Assembly: GCA_964016885.1 (NCBI GenBank)
Contig: OZ024743.1
Span: forward strand, 3,100,001-3,164,000
DNA: 64,000 nucleotides
Reading direction: 5' to 3'
Source: Eledone cirrhosa
Taxonomy: Eukaryota
The notes under the pieces were generated by a model. It saw only the letters and a program-made list of their open reading frames with translations, did not search any database and was not told the DNA's origin. The position numbers and the translations under genes are program-made. Numbering within the stretch: the stretch's first letter is position 1; every line of letters begins with the position of its first letter. Shown here piece after piece: positions 24,503-38,046 of this stretch.

Positions 24503-24749
24503 ATATAGTCTATCAAACTTCTTTCGTCGCACATTTGCAACATCATCAGTGGTACTATTATGTTCCCTCCTATTGTATTGTAATGTGTACGCCATTTTTA
24601 TTTTATTTATTTATTTAATTTTTCTTGCCTCAGTCTCTGCACATGCGTTTGCATGTGTGTATAATGTTTGGTGTGTGTGTTCGCATTTTGTTTTTGTATT
24701 CTATCTTTGTTCACTAGTGTGTGTTTATATGTGTTTGTTGTTATTGAAC

Positions 24750-24787
<38 letters not shown>

Positions 24788-24974
24788 TTATTTATATTTC
24801 CCTTAAGTCAGTATTGTTTGTTTGGGTATGGTTGTTATTGTTATTCCATTTGTTCTTTCTGTTCAACTTCAGTCTTCTTAGTTCTATCTCAGTTGCTTCT
24901 CTGATTTGCCTACCTGTTGAGTCATTTCTATGCTTGGATATTATTTTAATTTCTATGTTGTCTATATTACCGTC

Positions 24975-25655
24975 ATGTCACTGTTTAACGTCCATTTTTC
25001 CACGCTAGCATGGGTTAGACGAGTTGTCCTGTTGTGAGATATGTCAGGTCAGGTGACAATGCCTTGCTCATACAGAATGCTTTTGGCTTGGTTTCTACAG
25101 CTGGATGCCCTTCCTAACAACAACCATATTTACAGTGTGTGCTGGGTGCTTTTTCTCATGACATCTACATGACCACTTGACAGTCTGTGCTGGGTGCTTT
25201 CTGTTGTGATACCTACACGGCAAGGTGTGTATTTGGGTGTGTGTGAGGGGGTGGAGTGTTAGGACGTGTTAGGTAAATGGAAGTGGTGGAGGTGAAGGTG
25301 GTGTACACTAGATGTATGCTTCAGCCTGTGCTCATGGGAGGTATATGGAAGCGGGTGAAGGTGGTACATACTGGATGTGTGCTTCAGCCTGTACTCATGA
25401 GAAGGCGGTTCTGTATTACTGCATCATGCCAGAGATCTTGGTCCTGTGTCATCATCTTTGAGAGGTGCAATTGTACAAGGTCAGCTTTTATCAACTCATC
25501 TCAAGTCTTCCTCGGTCTACCCACTTCATGGCTTCCATCAACCTTTGCGTGCTCTGCACCTTTTTATGCAGCTGTCATCCTTCTTACGCATCACATGTCC
25601 ATACCAACACAGTCTCCTCTTCTGCATATTGCATCTGATTTCTCTCATGTCTAGT
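24975..25655 (-). mobile_element. RTE LINE 3' fragment plus tail
   Basis: Reverse of RRLCWYGHVMR..GRPRKT and the tail module. Confidence 0.8.
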
Positions 25656-25715
25656 TTCACATATATATATATATATATATATGCACCATACCAGGTACAT
25701 ACGTTTCGTGAACCC

Positions 25716-26920
25716 TAAGGACCAATTTCTTCAACCTGTGCCAATGAAAGTGAGCTGAGAAGAATAGTGCAAAAAGAAATAGTGCCATAGCAGAGCCTTG
25801 TTTTACGCCATTTGTCACATCAAAGGATTCCAACAACTCCCCAGAGTGCTTGCCAATTTACAGTGTCAAAGGTCTTGGTTAGATCTATGAACACCATAGA
25901 CAACTCCCAATTTCTCTTACAGACTTTCTCAGCAACCTGACGAAGAGAAAAGATCCTGTCAATTGTGCCATGGCCTGAATGGAAGCTGCACTACAATTCA
26001 GAGTAAATGTCAATATATTTGATGATCCTATTGAATATCAATTTGGCCAGGATTTTACCAGCAATTGACAGAAGTGATATCCCACGATGGTTATCACATA
26101 CACCCCTATTCCCTTTGTTCTTGAAGAGATGTTTGATGGACACGTCCATCTAGTCCAGCCGGCTCTCCAAATTGTTTTGAAGAGCTCATGCAGTTTTCTA
26201 ACAAGCTTTTGCCCACCATACTTATAAATCTCTGGTAGAATAGCATCCTTGTCAAGTGCTTTGCTCGAGTCCTTCACTTCCTACAGTGTTGGTTCAATAG
26301 ACATTTCAGGTATTTCAGGATGTTGAGAAAAGGACGCTATGATGTTGTCATCAATGACAGAGGCAGAGTGCAATGGAGTTCAATACAGTTTCAAAGTGCT
26401 CTTTTCATCTTTTCAAGATGTCCGACTTATCTGTCAAAAGTGTCTGCCCATCAGATGAGAGAACTAGCGAGACACCACTCTCATGAGGCTCATCCACTTT
26501 CCTCAGATCATCACAGAAGGCTTTAGAGCAGTGATTTCCAAAGTGGGTTCCGTGAAAAATGTAGAGGAATATATTTATATTACAACTATTTAACAGTATT
26601 AGACTTTGGGGTTCCCCCAAAAGTTTCTGAACCAAAAAGGGTTCTGTGTTTGAAAAAGTTTGGGAAACCTTGTCTTAGAGTCATTCTTATCTGCAACTTG
26701 TTGGAGTTCAGTAGTCTTTGCAAACCACCAAGCCTCTTTCATTTTCCTGAGAGCACATTGAAGCTGAATCTTGCATTTTTTGTATGCCTGCTTTTTGATT
26801 GATGTCTTATCATTTATCCATGCTTTGTTGGAGCTGTGTATTTGTTGGATTAACAGCTGGATTTTGATGTTGTTATCATCAAACCAATCCTGATGCTTCT
26901 GAACAGATCGTCAAAGAACT
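25716..26920 (-). mobile_element. Degenerate RTE (BovB-like) LINE fragment
   Basis: ILPEIYKYGGQKLVRKLHELFKTIW; DWFDDNN; FIDLTKTFDTV. Confidence 0.75.
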
Positions 26921-26929
26921 TCAGCATTC

Positions 26930-27400
26930 AGTAATCAGAAGGGAGGTAGGCGTAAAAGCCAAACTTGCTTTCTTCAATTTGGTATCCATGCTAATCCTCA
27001 CCTATGGTCTTGAATTTTAGATAATGACTGAAAGAATACAAGCGGCTGAAATGCAGTTCCTCCAAAGGGTTCTTGGAGTAACGCTACTTGAGAGAGTGCG
27101 TAGCCCGGAGATCAGAGAAGCACACCAGGTAGAATTGCTACTTCTCCGAATTGAGAGATCACAGCTCTGATATTATGGGTATGTGATTAGAATGTCTCGG
27201 GAAAGAATCGCTGGGCAAAACCAACTTGCTGGAGACCCAGGGTAGACCCCAGGCAAGATTGTTGGATAACATCTACAAGATTGGCTGGTCTTGCTTGGGG
27301 ATCTAGCTGGATTAGTTGGAGACTGTTGCTTCTGACAGGACCCGCTGGGGGGAGTGTTTGAGAAGTCTGCCCCACACAATCCTCTCAGGAATAAATGGGT
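26930..27400 (+). mobile_element. RTE LINE 3' fragment (same family as 3500-4430)
   Basis: LILTYGLE..MTERIQAAEMQFLQRVLGVT. Confidence 0.7.
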
Positions 27401-27580
27401 GAAGAAGAATATATATATATATATATATGCTGCTATGTGTGTGTATATTCTGTTGCTCATGTGTATATTTATTAGACAATTGAATATGTTATACACATTG
27501 GAATGTTATATCTAATCATATCTTTTTTCTATTTCACAATTAAAATTTATTATTTTCATGATTTTTTCATTCTGTTTTAG

Positions 27581-27742
27581 GTTCACTTCTTACTAATAAA
27601 AACGTATTAGAATTATTGCATGATCTCTCTGATCAACATAATCTTTCTGTTACTATCAGAGAAAGTTCAAAAGGTGCTGCAATAGCTGGATTCACAACAT
27701 TTGTTGGGGGTATCTGCATGGGACCCCCTGGATTTATTTTGG
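27581..27742 (+). CDS. C19orf12: C19orf12/Nazo-like gene copy 1, internal coding exon
   Basis: TTTTAG acceptor, GTAAGT donor; SLLTNKNVLELLHDLSDQHNLSVTIRESSKGAAIAGFTTFVGGICMGPPGFILG resembles the C19orf12 N-terminal half; start-codon exon not located. Confidence 0.9.
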
Positions 27743-28037
27743 GTAAGTTCTACACTCGTTCACTCTAATTCTTCTGTCATTGTTCTTTCTTCTATTTCAC
27801 CCTCTTAATCATATTGAGAACACAGAAAGAAAAAGTGAACTTCATCAAATCAAAGAGGATTATAGATAAAGAAAGAAGACAATCAAGAACTATTCCAAAA
27901 TATGTCTTTGCCAGAAGAATGAAACTAGTATATTCTTCTGCAATACAACTGACATTCACAGATGTAAAATTTCTGCTATTTATTTCAAAACATGTTTATG
28001 AATGCAAATTCTCAGAAAATAGTGCTTCTTGAAAGTG

Positions 28038-28069
<32 letters not shown>

Positions 28070-28229
28070 CCATTTAACGTCCATTTTTCAACACTAACAT
28101 GGGTTAGAAAAGTAGTGAAAATTGAAAAAAAAAAAGTTGAAACTGTTTATTACAAGACTTATCAAACTTTTTCCAACCCAGAAAGAGCATTTTCAACTGG
28201 CCTTAAAAACTTTTCCCATATTTATAAAA

Positions 28230-28960
28230 TATTTCAGTAATGGCAATGATTTACTTAGCTCCCTGCTGTTTATTTTAGTGCTTTGAGCCATTTCAGAGGA
28301 GTTTAAGGTTGGTTGTCTATAGGAACTTTTATATGCTAACAACCTAGTCCTTATTGCAGAAGCTGTGAAAGATCTAGAGAAGAAATTCCAGTTGTGGAAA
28401 CAAAACAGAATCATAAAGGATCAGAGTAAATTTAGCAAAGACCAAAGTTTTAGTGAGTAGTAAAGAAAAGACTTCAATGCCATAGTGGAAATGCTGTGCT
28501 TAATATGTAGAAAAGGAGTAGTTAGGAATTCTATATGGTGTACTCTACATAAAATATGGGTAGACAAGCAGTGTAGTGAGATTTCAGGAAGGCTAACAGA
28601 AAAGGTGAACTGTATGTTGCAGATGTACAAGGATAGTTAGTAGTAAGAATCCAGTGAAATAAACTTTTTTCCAATCCCAGGAAGAGTCCATAGGACTAGT
28701 TGGTAACCTCTGTTATCTATGTGACCTAATTAGTAGGGGAGAAGGTTGTTTAGAAAGTGTAGTAGCTGGAATAAGAACATAGTGGAAAAAAATTCAAGAG
28801 GCTGCTGCCTCTAATGGGTTCTCTTCCCAAATGAAGGGTAGATTGTATGATGCCTGCATGAGAAATTCAATGTTGTATGGCAGTGAATGTGAAAGCATGC
28901 TCTGTTGGACGTGTAATGTTAATGTAGTAAATGTGTAAAAGAAAACGCTTAAATGTGAGT
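28230..28960 (+). mobile_element. Highly decayed RTE LINE fragment
   Basis: ELLYANNLVLIAE, VNLAKTKVL, KGRLYDACM. Confidence 0.75.
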
Positions 28961-29750
28961 GTTGTAAGAAGTGAAGGGACCTACCTTTGTGTCTCCATAT
29001 GTCTGGACTGAATCTCCCTGCTTGATGTTCACCTGTTTCTTGTTTGGCAGAAAACAACAAATCTCACACACTCATCCACACCAGTCATTACAAAGGATGT
29101 CCACACTCAATGCTGCCCATCGACTGAGAGAATGACACTCCGCACTTCTGATGTGACGTCACTGGCCCCTCGCTTCTGACAAGAAATTCCCTGCAGATTA
29201 TTTCAGGTTTTGGCTTGGCAGCCTGTCTGATGAAGGAGCCCTGTGAGGTGGGGTGGCCGGCCATTGTCTGTGGAAATATCTTTGCCATTTTGTTTGTTCG
29301 GCGCAGCCGAAACACCACTTTGACCTAGGAATAGTGTCTATCACCGTCTCCCCTTCCCCCTTTCTTTCCTCCTTTGTCTAATAGTCTTTGCTCTTCCTCT
29401 CCATTCCCTCTCATTTATGGCATTTATAGTTCTTTCCAATATTGCTTTCTTTTTCTGTATGTTTGACCAATTTGTAGTTATATCAACAATAAACGTACAG
29501 AAAATGTTTTTTTTAAATATCTAGACAATACTGGAATTATCCGCACAAAGGAAAACTCTTAAGTTTTATCCTGTCTTTTCAGACTCTAATTATAATTTTA
29601 TTCTCTATTTTGTCTTGATTATTAAATCATAAGAAATGTTCAAATGAATTGACAATATAGTTTTGAAGTTTTGCCATAACATGACAATATTTGATCAAGA
29701 AATTTTATCAAATAATTGAAATTATTTATTGTTTTTTTTTTCTGTTTTAG

Positions 29751-30007
29751 GTGGTGCACTTGGTGGTTTAGCAGCATATGCAAGTTCTAATAACTTTAAA
29801 CCTGTTTCACAAGTCATTTATGAAATGCCTGAAGGAAAGAAACACTTATTATGTAAAAAGGTTAAAGAAATATTGGTAGCTACAGCAATTCCGTATTCTG
29901 TTACCCTCTCATCTTATGTCACAGCTAATCCAGAAATCGCTAACACAATTCTAAACATTTTGAAAGAATTTATTACCACAGAACTTGGTATGTTTTTAAA
30001 AAATTAA
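29751..30007 (+). CDS. C19orf12: C19orf12/Nazo-like gene copy 1, last coding exon
   Basis: Strong acceptor, phase 1 matches the previous exon; GALGGLAAYASSNNFKPVSQVIYEMP...LKEFITTELGMFLKN* resembles [33 protein letters not shown] of human C19orf12 (recalled sequence). Confidence 0.92.
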
Positions 30008-30489
30008 CTCATTGATTGTTTACAAAATCTGTTGGTAATTAAGTTTAATTCAATATGATTCTGTTGGATCATCCCCGTAAATACATCATACTTGCATGAA
30101 TATTATTCTTAAATATGTACTAGAAGAAAAATACAGAATATTTACAGTTTTCCAGACTCACTAGAAAATAAATAACATGTTTCCGAAAATTTATATGAAA
30201 ATATATTTTTTAAATTCCATTAAATTACACTGAACTTAAAATCTTAAATTGCTGAAGTTCACCAAAGAGATAACAAAGGACCATGACAAATCAAGAAAAG
30301 CCATGTTGAACAAGACCTATCCAACCTATGTAAACGTGGAACAGCAGATGTGAATTTATGATGATAATAAAAAAAATGTCATAATGAAAATACCTGATTC
30401 TTATACTATTTTGGATCCAAGAGGGTTTGTAACATATCTTTATCATTTCAGGATTTTGTTTATTAAAAAAGTATAGCTGTAGTTTTAAA

Positions 30490-30780
30490 AGCAGCTTGGT
30501 TTAATTTTCTCCTTTACTTTGCCATGTGATTTACAAAGAAGTTTGCACAGATACTTGGAAATTTGCAATGCTACTTTCCCAACTTCAGTCAATTAACCTT
30601 CAAATCTCTTAACAATTCTCTGAACTGAGGGCCTACAAAAATGACTTCTTTAATCTTGGTATCACTGATCTGAGGGAACATATCTTTTAAATATTTGAAT
30701 TCAGTTTGTGCCTTATCTGTTGCTTTAACATAAGTCCAAGCTTTATGCACAAAGGAGCAAGGAACACATTCCCATTATCG
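30490..30780 (-). mobile_element. DNA transposase remnant (Chapaev-3-like)
   Basis: Minus-strand APLCIKLGLM..FKYLKDMFPQISDTKIKEVIFVGPQFREL resembles the LPPLHIKLGLMK..KIKEGIFVGPQIR motif. Confidence 0.6.
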
Positions 30781-31129
30781 TCAGCAGTGTCGTTTAACAT
30801 CCACTTTCTTGGCTAGCAAAAGTTGGACCAAGTCAGTACTGAAGTGGGGCTACCAACCTCCCAGGTAGGCCAGGGGTTGGGATGGGTGGTTCTGCATCAC
30901 AAGTATGGTCTTACATTCTATCAAGTGCAAAGGAAAGGTTGTCATCTCTTTGATACACCTGAAGGGTCCTCCTAACCTTTTTGCCAGGCTTTTTACGGCT
31001 GGATCTACAAAAACAATTTTTATTGCCTGGAACAATTGAAGTGCATTTTGGTCAATTATTCTAAGTATTGGAGTTTTGTACTTCCTGGCCTGCCTGGGAG
31101 GTTAGTAGCCCTACTTCAGGACTGAACTA

Positions 31130-32435
31130 GTAACCTGCATAGTCAATCAAATAATACATGACGGAGACTTACCCAATGACTGGCGCAGCAGTACAATCAT
31201 AAATTGTTACAAGGGCAAAGGTGATGCTCTAGAAAGGAATAATGGACCAAGTTATGAATGTGACAGAAAGAGTTATAGCACAGCTAATTAGGGAAAGAGT
31301 CAAAATAGATGAGATGCAGTTGGGTTTCATGCCTAGGAAAAGTACTACAGATGCCCTCTTCTTAGTGAGGCAACTACAATAGGTTCCTAGCCAAAAATAA
31401 GCCACTATATTTAGCTTTTGTTGATCTTGAAAAGGCTTTGACAGAGTATCTTGATCTATTATCTGGGTGGTTCTTAAGGAAATTAGGTGTTGAAGAATGG
31501 TTTGTGAGAGTAGTGCAAGCTATTCAAGGTACAGGTAGGGGTTCATCAAGGTTTGATTCTTAGCCCACTCCTATTGATAATAGTTCTTCAGGCCATAATA
31601 GAGGAATTTAAAACTGGTTATCCATGGGAACTTCTCTATGCAGATGATTTGGCCCTTATAACTGAAATCAAAAGAGAACTAGAAAATAAATTCCGATTAT
31701 GGAAACTGAATTTGGAATCATGGTATGAGAGTAAACTTAGCCAAAACTAAAGTGCTAATGAGTAGGAAAAAAGATAGGACCCAGATTCCTTCAGAGAAGT
31801 GGCCCTGCTCAGGCATAAACTCCATACAATGTATACAATGCAAATCTTGGGTACACAAAAGATGTGGGATAACTAACAGGAAAGAAGACTTTGCATGTAG
31901 AAGATGCACAGGAGTAATCGAGAGGTAGAGTGCCAATGATATAAAACTTTTCCAGTCACAGGAAGGATCCATAGACTTGGTTGATAGCTTCTGCTATCTA
32001 GGTGACTTAATTAGCAGTGGAGGAGGGTGCATCGAGAGTATAATAGCTAGAATAAGGATAGGATGGAAGAAGTTTAGAGAACTACTCCCACTGTTGTCAA
32101 CAAAAGGTTTTTCCCTACGTACAAAAGGATGGCTGTATAATGCCTGTGTGCAGTGAAACATGCCTAGACTGGAGAGAAATAAAGCGATCATGCTTCGTTG
32201 GATGAGCTGAGGGTGTGTGCAGGAGAGAAGACTGTGTTGGACATGAACAATGGGTGAAGAAATGTCAGTGGAAGGAAGCCACAGTAGAGGACGACCAAGA
32301 AAAATATGGGTAAAGGTGGTGAGAGCTAACCTCAAATCCCTAAGACTAGCAGAGGGGATGACAAATGGAGAGTTGCTGTGCTAAGAAGGGCCTGTCCAAT
32401 TCATGCAACGTGGAAAAATGGACATAAAAATGATG
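31130..32435 (+). mobile_element. Decayed RTE LINE (RT region to tail)
   Basis: LSPLLLIIVLQAI..WELLYADDL..CIQCKSWVHKRC. Confidence 0.88.
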
Positions 32436-33039
32436 TAGAGCTGTACTACTATAGGGCACATTCACAGGTGTGGCAGATAGTGGAATGGTCTCTATATTGA
32501 GGTTAGCTGTGAATAAACCAGCTTGATGGCTAAGCCATTGCAGACCAACAACAACAACATTCATCAAGGTGCAATATTGTTGGGTCTATAAAAATATATG
32601 TACATATCCTATAACAATGCTGTGACAAGGCAAATGAAGGTCACCTTCAAATGAACCTTGCTTCCATCTGTGGGTTAAATAGATACCGCACTCTCTCCTT
32701 TCAGCTGTCATATCTTTGATGTTCCACTGGGTTATGGGTATGTGGGTTGAGAGGGTGTTTGCTCAAGACTACACAGGCACCTAAAACAGGAATGAATGCA
32801 CAGTATAAGACAAAAAAAAAAGAAAAATATCCTATGGTGATAGATAACTGATAAAGGTGGCAAGCTTGAGATACTGAAAGCTGCTCACCAGAAATCTGTA
32901 CATTGGCGACTTGAGTGTTGGCTGTGGATAATGTTGAACAATGGCAGCTGCCCAAGATCCTACTCAAGTCACCATGCAGCCCAATTTAGGAAGTGTGATG
33001 TCTGCTCCAAACTGGGGATGTCCCGATAAAAGGAGAGAT

Positions 33040-34540
33040 AAAAACGCATCTGAACTTAACTTGGCTGGGTTCTTTATTACTGGAGTTGGAAACTAAGAAA
33101 AGAAAAGAAAAAAATCAGTAAACACATTAGTTTGGTTTTGGGATGTTGGAACAGCAGAACGATGCTGGATGTAACCAATTCTGGAAGACCAGAGCAAAGA
33201 ACTGCAATATTAGATGGTACATTATAGCGTAAACATCGTTGTCTTTTCAGAGAAATGACTGAGAGGGCAAGGTGTGTTAAGAGAGCAAAACTACAGCTTC
33301 TGGCCCTTTCATTGCGAACTGTCGTCAGCAAACTGGTGTCTCTTGTTGGCGTCACATAACTGTTTGTAGTGCCTGTGCTCCTACAATGGCAAAGATACAG
33401 AATAAGAAGGAAGATTTCTTCGTAGTCACCTGGACACAGTGCCATCAGCTGACAAGGTGCTTGACCTAGGTGATTTTAATGCAATAGTAGGGATAGATTG
33501 TCACTTTGAAAAAGGAAAACTCTAGTGGACAATTTCTTCTGGAGCTATGCAGCGAACACTATTTTGGGCGTGACAAGTACTTTCCGGTTTCCTGAAAAGT
33601 GTTTTTTTAAATAGCTATTGGCATCTACTTGACTACGTATTCACCCAGAGGAACAGCATTGCAAATATAATCTGTATCTGTGTTATGAGAGAGATTGACA
33701 GCTCCACTGATCATGTACTGACGTGTACTATATGCAATTTGTGAGATTAAAGTGTAAGAAAGTTTGCAAAATTACACAAAAAAGACTGGATGTCAGCCAA
33801 CTAAAAACTCTTGAGGTGCAACGTACACTTGTAACAAATATAACCAGCAAGTTAAAGATGTTTTCTGAGAGCAGTTACATGAGGCAATATATAAAACGGC
33901 TGTTGCCGAAATCGGCTTCCCTAAATGCAAGCATGCTGATTGGTTTGATGAAAATGACATGAAGATACACAGTTATCTGAGAAACGTAGATACCATCAAA
34001 CCGGTCTAAATTAATGTACTCTCGGGTTTCGAATAATCGTTCCCTCCATCCCGCTTATTCATTTTTCAGACCCTCCACCCCACATATTAAATTTTGTTAA
34101 TCTATCTCCGGCAAAATTTTATTTTAAGTGGTAGCATTCTTGCGACAATTAATTTTCTTTAGACATTAAAAAAAATATAAATGACAAAAAAAAAAAAGAA
34201 CATTACAAGAAATCCCATACGTTATAAAATAAATAAGATGAGTTGGGGGTCTCAATATGAAAACTAAACGACTAATTCTGGTAATTAAGAAAACAACGGA
34301 GACAACCTAGAAAAATTACCGATTTTCCACCCCACCCTGCTTATTTCAACCTCTATTATTTGGCAGCTGAAAGTATACAGCAAGTTACCAGGCGACTCAA
34401 AGATGCGAGTGCCTTACTACAAGAGGAACTGTAGTTGATTGAAAGATCAATGGTAAGACCAGAAGACGACTGAAATACAGGCACTTGCTAATTCCCATAA
34501 CGTGTTTACAACCCCCCAGAAAAGTGGTAATGCACCAATA
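33040..34540 (+). mobile_element. Decayed RTE LINE 5' part (APE region), interrupted by a probable TA-flanked MITE at ~34018-34375
   Basis: LGCWNSRTMLD, LGDFNAIVG, WHLLDYVF, DSSTDH, DWFDEND motifs. Confidence 0.65.
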
Positions 34541-34559
34541 AAAAGTAAAGATCGTTTAT

Positions 34560-34973
34560 ACTTCTGTATCAGGACACTGGGGTGTATGTACAATATTTAT
34601 TTATGAAGATTGAGCTGAGTAGAGCTGAATAGCTGACATGCCAAGAGAGATGAAACAATGAATTAAGGATTTCAGAAGACACGGTCCACTGGCTGAAGTC
34701 TTGCCAGGCCGTGGTTAAGTTGCTGTGTTACATGTTGGCTAGTGATTTCCCGACGAAAGAAAGTTAGTTGTTTACCTTTTTGCAGTCAGGATGCGAGAGA
34801 GGATACCTCCGGCGGAGCGCGCCTGACCAAAAGGCCAGGCAGCGAAAAGGTGAAAAGAGAGGGAGATAGATTTCAGCTATCTCCTTTATAGTTCCCTGGA
34901 TGGAAGTCACAAAGAAGGTTCTGCAACCTCAACGGGAAGTAACTCCAGCTACTTCCTGTCTAGAGAGCGCTAC
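34560..34973 (-). mobile_element. Solo LTR related to the 46285-48401 family
   Basis: Shares CTTCCTGTCTAG..CGCTACA end and GGCCAGGC core; closest to 42553-42957. Confidence 0.65.
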
Positions 34974-36539
34974 AGGACACCCCTCCCAGACAAGAAGTCG
35001 AATGACCAAATGAAATTATTGTAGCGAGAACACGAGGAGCAAAGCAAAAGGTACAAGAACATGAATGAACAAAACATGAGCAAGCATATTACGTAATTAT
35101 TTATAGCTGTTATTACATTAAACATAGATGTATTTATTTTTATATGTTACACTCTAAGAATTAACTAAGTGAAATAGCGTAAAAATAAAGGCTTCGTTGG
35201 TTTAAGCTATTTTTATAAAGGATGCCACAGAATGTACGATATATAATGATTACAATATTTTTTAGCAACAACTCTAGTCCCACACTTTTGAAGGTTTATT
35301 ATAACATTCTGTGGCACTTTTGAGCTTGCGCATTTTTCATGTCTAGTTTAATATTTTTTTAAGGCAACGCTTGTAATAACTCTAGTTAAACAGGATATAT
35401 ATTAATAATAAATTATCGTTGTAATGTAATTAGATTATGTAATTGTTATTATAAATTATCTTATAAATATTAGTGTAAGATGTATAAAAATATTTTCAGA
35501 CTTTTAATATAAACAACTACAAAAAACAATCAATATTAAATCAATATATTATACATAATAGAAAACATAAAATAAACAATACAAAAACAAAATATTTACA
35601 TACAATTGCAATTATCAGTGTATATACATTTTCTTTATATTCCCTGAGCAAATTAATAAGATTTGTTTTTATTGTACATAATTTGATGACTTGTTGGAGT
35701 GTATTAAAAGATAGCAACAATTTGTGATTAAATTGTTATCTTAAGCAACTCACTTGTTAATAGTTGTTGGCTGAGCGAAATTGTAAAAGCCTATGAGCAA
35801 ATATAAAAAAAAATACACAAACAACATTTCCTTGTGTTATTACAACATTAGATAAAATAATTGAGCAATGTCGTTATATTTTGCTCTTATTGCACATTAA
35901 TAGTGTTTCTATTTTTCGGCACAAATCCATTACGGCAGTCCATTACTGGTACTTTATTTTATCGAATTAGTAAGTATGAAAGTCGAAGTTAACCTCGGCA
36001 GGATTTGAACTTAGAATGCAAAGGACCATAACAATACTGCAAAGCATGGTGTCTGACGCTCTACCAATACTTGTGTTGAGCTGGTCATTAATTTATGGTG
36101 GTCGTGCGTGGAGTAGAGCAATCGCTAGTTGAAATATTATGAACAAAACATTTTTATTTGCCGAAGAACATATTTTCAATACTGTTTGTGAATGTGACGA
36201 AGGAAATACATTCTGATATGGAACAGTGTACAAAGTGTGTCTGTGAATAACATAATGTTACCTCATGTTGTTGTCAAGACATAATGGATTTCGTATATCC
36301 AGTTAGAAGATGAAACCTAGCCATCTCGGATTAATTATATTTCATGCCATGTGTAAACGTGTTTGAGGATAGCAAAATATGCGTGTTTCTTGTCTGGAAA
36401 CTTTCTGCTAAACTGATTGGTTTCGTTTTTGGCACTATACAATACTCATCCAACAGATAGCTGTATTGGATCCTTGATTGGTTAATATTTAGGTGAGGGT
36501 GCTTGATGCAGAGTTAGTGCAAAATGGATCAATGAGTGT

Positions 36540-37108
36540 AATAATAATAATGATAATAATAATGAAAATATTGTGTACAATGCTGAGGTGCACTACAACT
36601 CATCAAAAGTGCATATATAATACATAGGGTAATATAAAAACGTCAGGAAAAAAGAACAGTGCATGAGTCATGATATACACATATGTGCATGTGTATGGTA
36701 GGGGGAGATCAGGTGTAGTTTTGGTGTATTTTGGAATGTATGATGGTTTTAAAGGATGCAGTGTGTCATCAGCTAACAACTGATGCAGGAAGTTTGTTCC
36801 ATCCTTCAGCAACTCTGAGCATGAAGAAATATTTCCTAAAGTCATGGGAGCTGTGTTGTTTTCTGACTTTGTAGGCATGTCCACGTGTTAGACACATGGA
36901 GATCAAAAAGGTGTTCGGGGTTGTTGTTGGTCGGATGGTTAATAACTTTGTGGGTGTTTACCAAGTCCATTGCCAGAGGGAAGCAAAATATTCAGGGTAT
37001 GGTAGGTGTCTGATGGAGGGTATGCGCTTGGTTGCATGTCTCTGAACAGTTTCCAGGAGGTCAATGTTCTGAGCAAGATAGGGGTTCCAGACTGATGACG
37101 CGAACTCA
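36540..37108 (-). mobile_element. CR1-type LINE 3' end with (ATT)n tail
   Basis: EFASSVWNPYLAQNIDLLETVQRHATKRIPSIRHLPYPE. Confidence 0.85.
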
Positions 37109-38046
37109 TTATTGATAACGACTATTCGGACTTTCTCAACGGACTGATTTTTAAACTCATCCATTTTCATGTACTTTGCAGTGCTCTTGTCAAAATTAGG
37201 AAGCTCATTGGTGGAACTGTGATAATGTTGATTTCCCCAATAATGCAACAAACCGTTAGCATTGACCTTTTCCATCAATGTATGCACAGCTTTAACATTT
37301 ATTTTTAATTGAGCACACACAAAATTTCGCATCCCAACAGATCTGGAGAACACACTCAGCACGTGACTATGTGCGTCGTTGCGAAGATTGGTATCTGTTA
37401 TTGTCTTTTTATATGACTTAACAAATTGGGACATCAAGATCTGATGCTGCATCCGGAAGTCAACCATTTTATTTAGTTTCTTCATTTGATACAAAGACCG
37501 CTTATGAAGAAACTTTTTTTTATAGTATGTTTTCTCATAAGACTGTATATTATCTTTATGGTGAATTTTATACATAGCCTTTGTTTGTAATACTTTGTCT
37601 TGATTTGCAGATCTGTACTTGGTCTGCTCTTTAGCCAACTCGGTACGTTTAGAAGCTCTACGCTCGGCTTGCTTTTGAGATATAATAGCTGAATTTGCAG
37701 ATCTATACTTGGCCTGCTTGTTTGCCAACTCATACCGTTTTGAACATCTATACTTGGCCTGTTTTTGTGTTAATTTAGCAAAATTCACAGCTCTATAATC
37801 GGCCTGTTTTTGTCTCAACTTCTCCCGATTCCGCATCCGGTAAGCTGCTTTCACATCCAATTTAATACGCTCATCTAGATTATTAGCACAGGAATGTGAA
37901 CAAGCTTGTGGGACCGCATCATTGTAAGTATATGAACTGCCTGCAACATCAAGACCCAATTCACAAGTGCAGCGTTGCTCATTCACATCGGCAGTGGGGA
38001 CACCAAAATCAGTGACAGGTCTCGATTCACTCGCGAGATACATCAC
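36958..38046 (-). CDS. Intronless 362-aa ORF with 15-residue basic helical repeats, fused in frame to the CR1 tail; probably transposon- or virus-derived
   Basis: KQADYRAVN/KQAKYRCSK/KQAKYRSAN/EQTKYRSAN periodicity; last ~50 aa are LINE sequence. Confidence 0.5.
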   Translation of the reverse strand: MMYLASESRPVTDFGVPTADVNEQRCTCELGLDVAGSSYTYNDAVPQACSHSCANNLDERIKLDVKAAYRMRNREKLRQKQADYRAVNFAKLTQKQAKYRCSKRYELANKQAKYRSANSAIISQKQAERRASKRTELAKEQTKYRSANQDKVLQTKAMYKIHHKDNIQSYEKTYYKKKFLHKRSLYQMKKLNKMVDFRMQHQILMSQFVKSYKKTITDTNLRNDAHSHVLSVFSRSVGMRNFVCAQLKINVKAVHTLMEKVNANGLLHYWGNQHYHSSTNELPNFDKSTAKYMKMDEFKNQSVEKVRIVVINNEFASSVWNPYLAQNIDLLETVQRHATKRIPSIRHLPYPEYFASLWQWTW

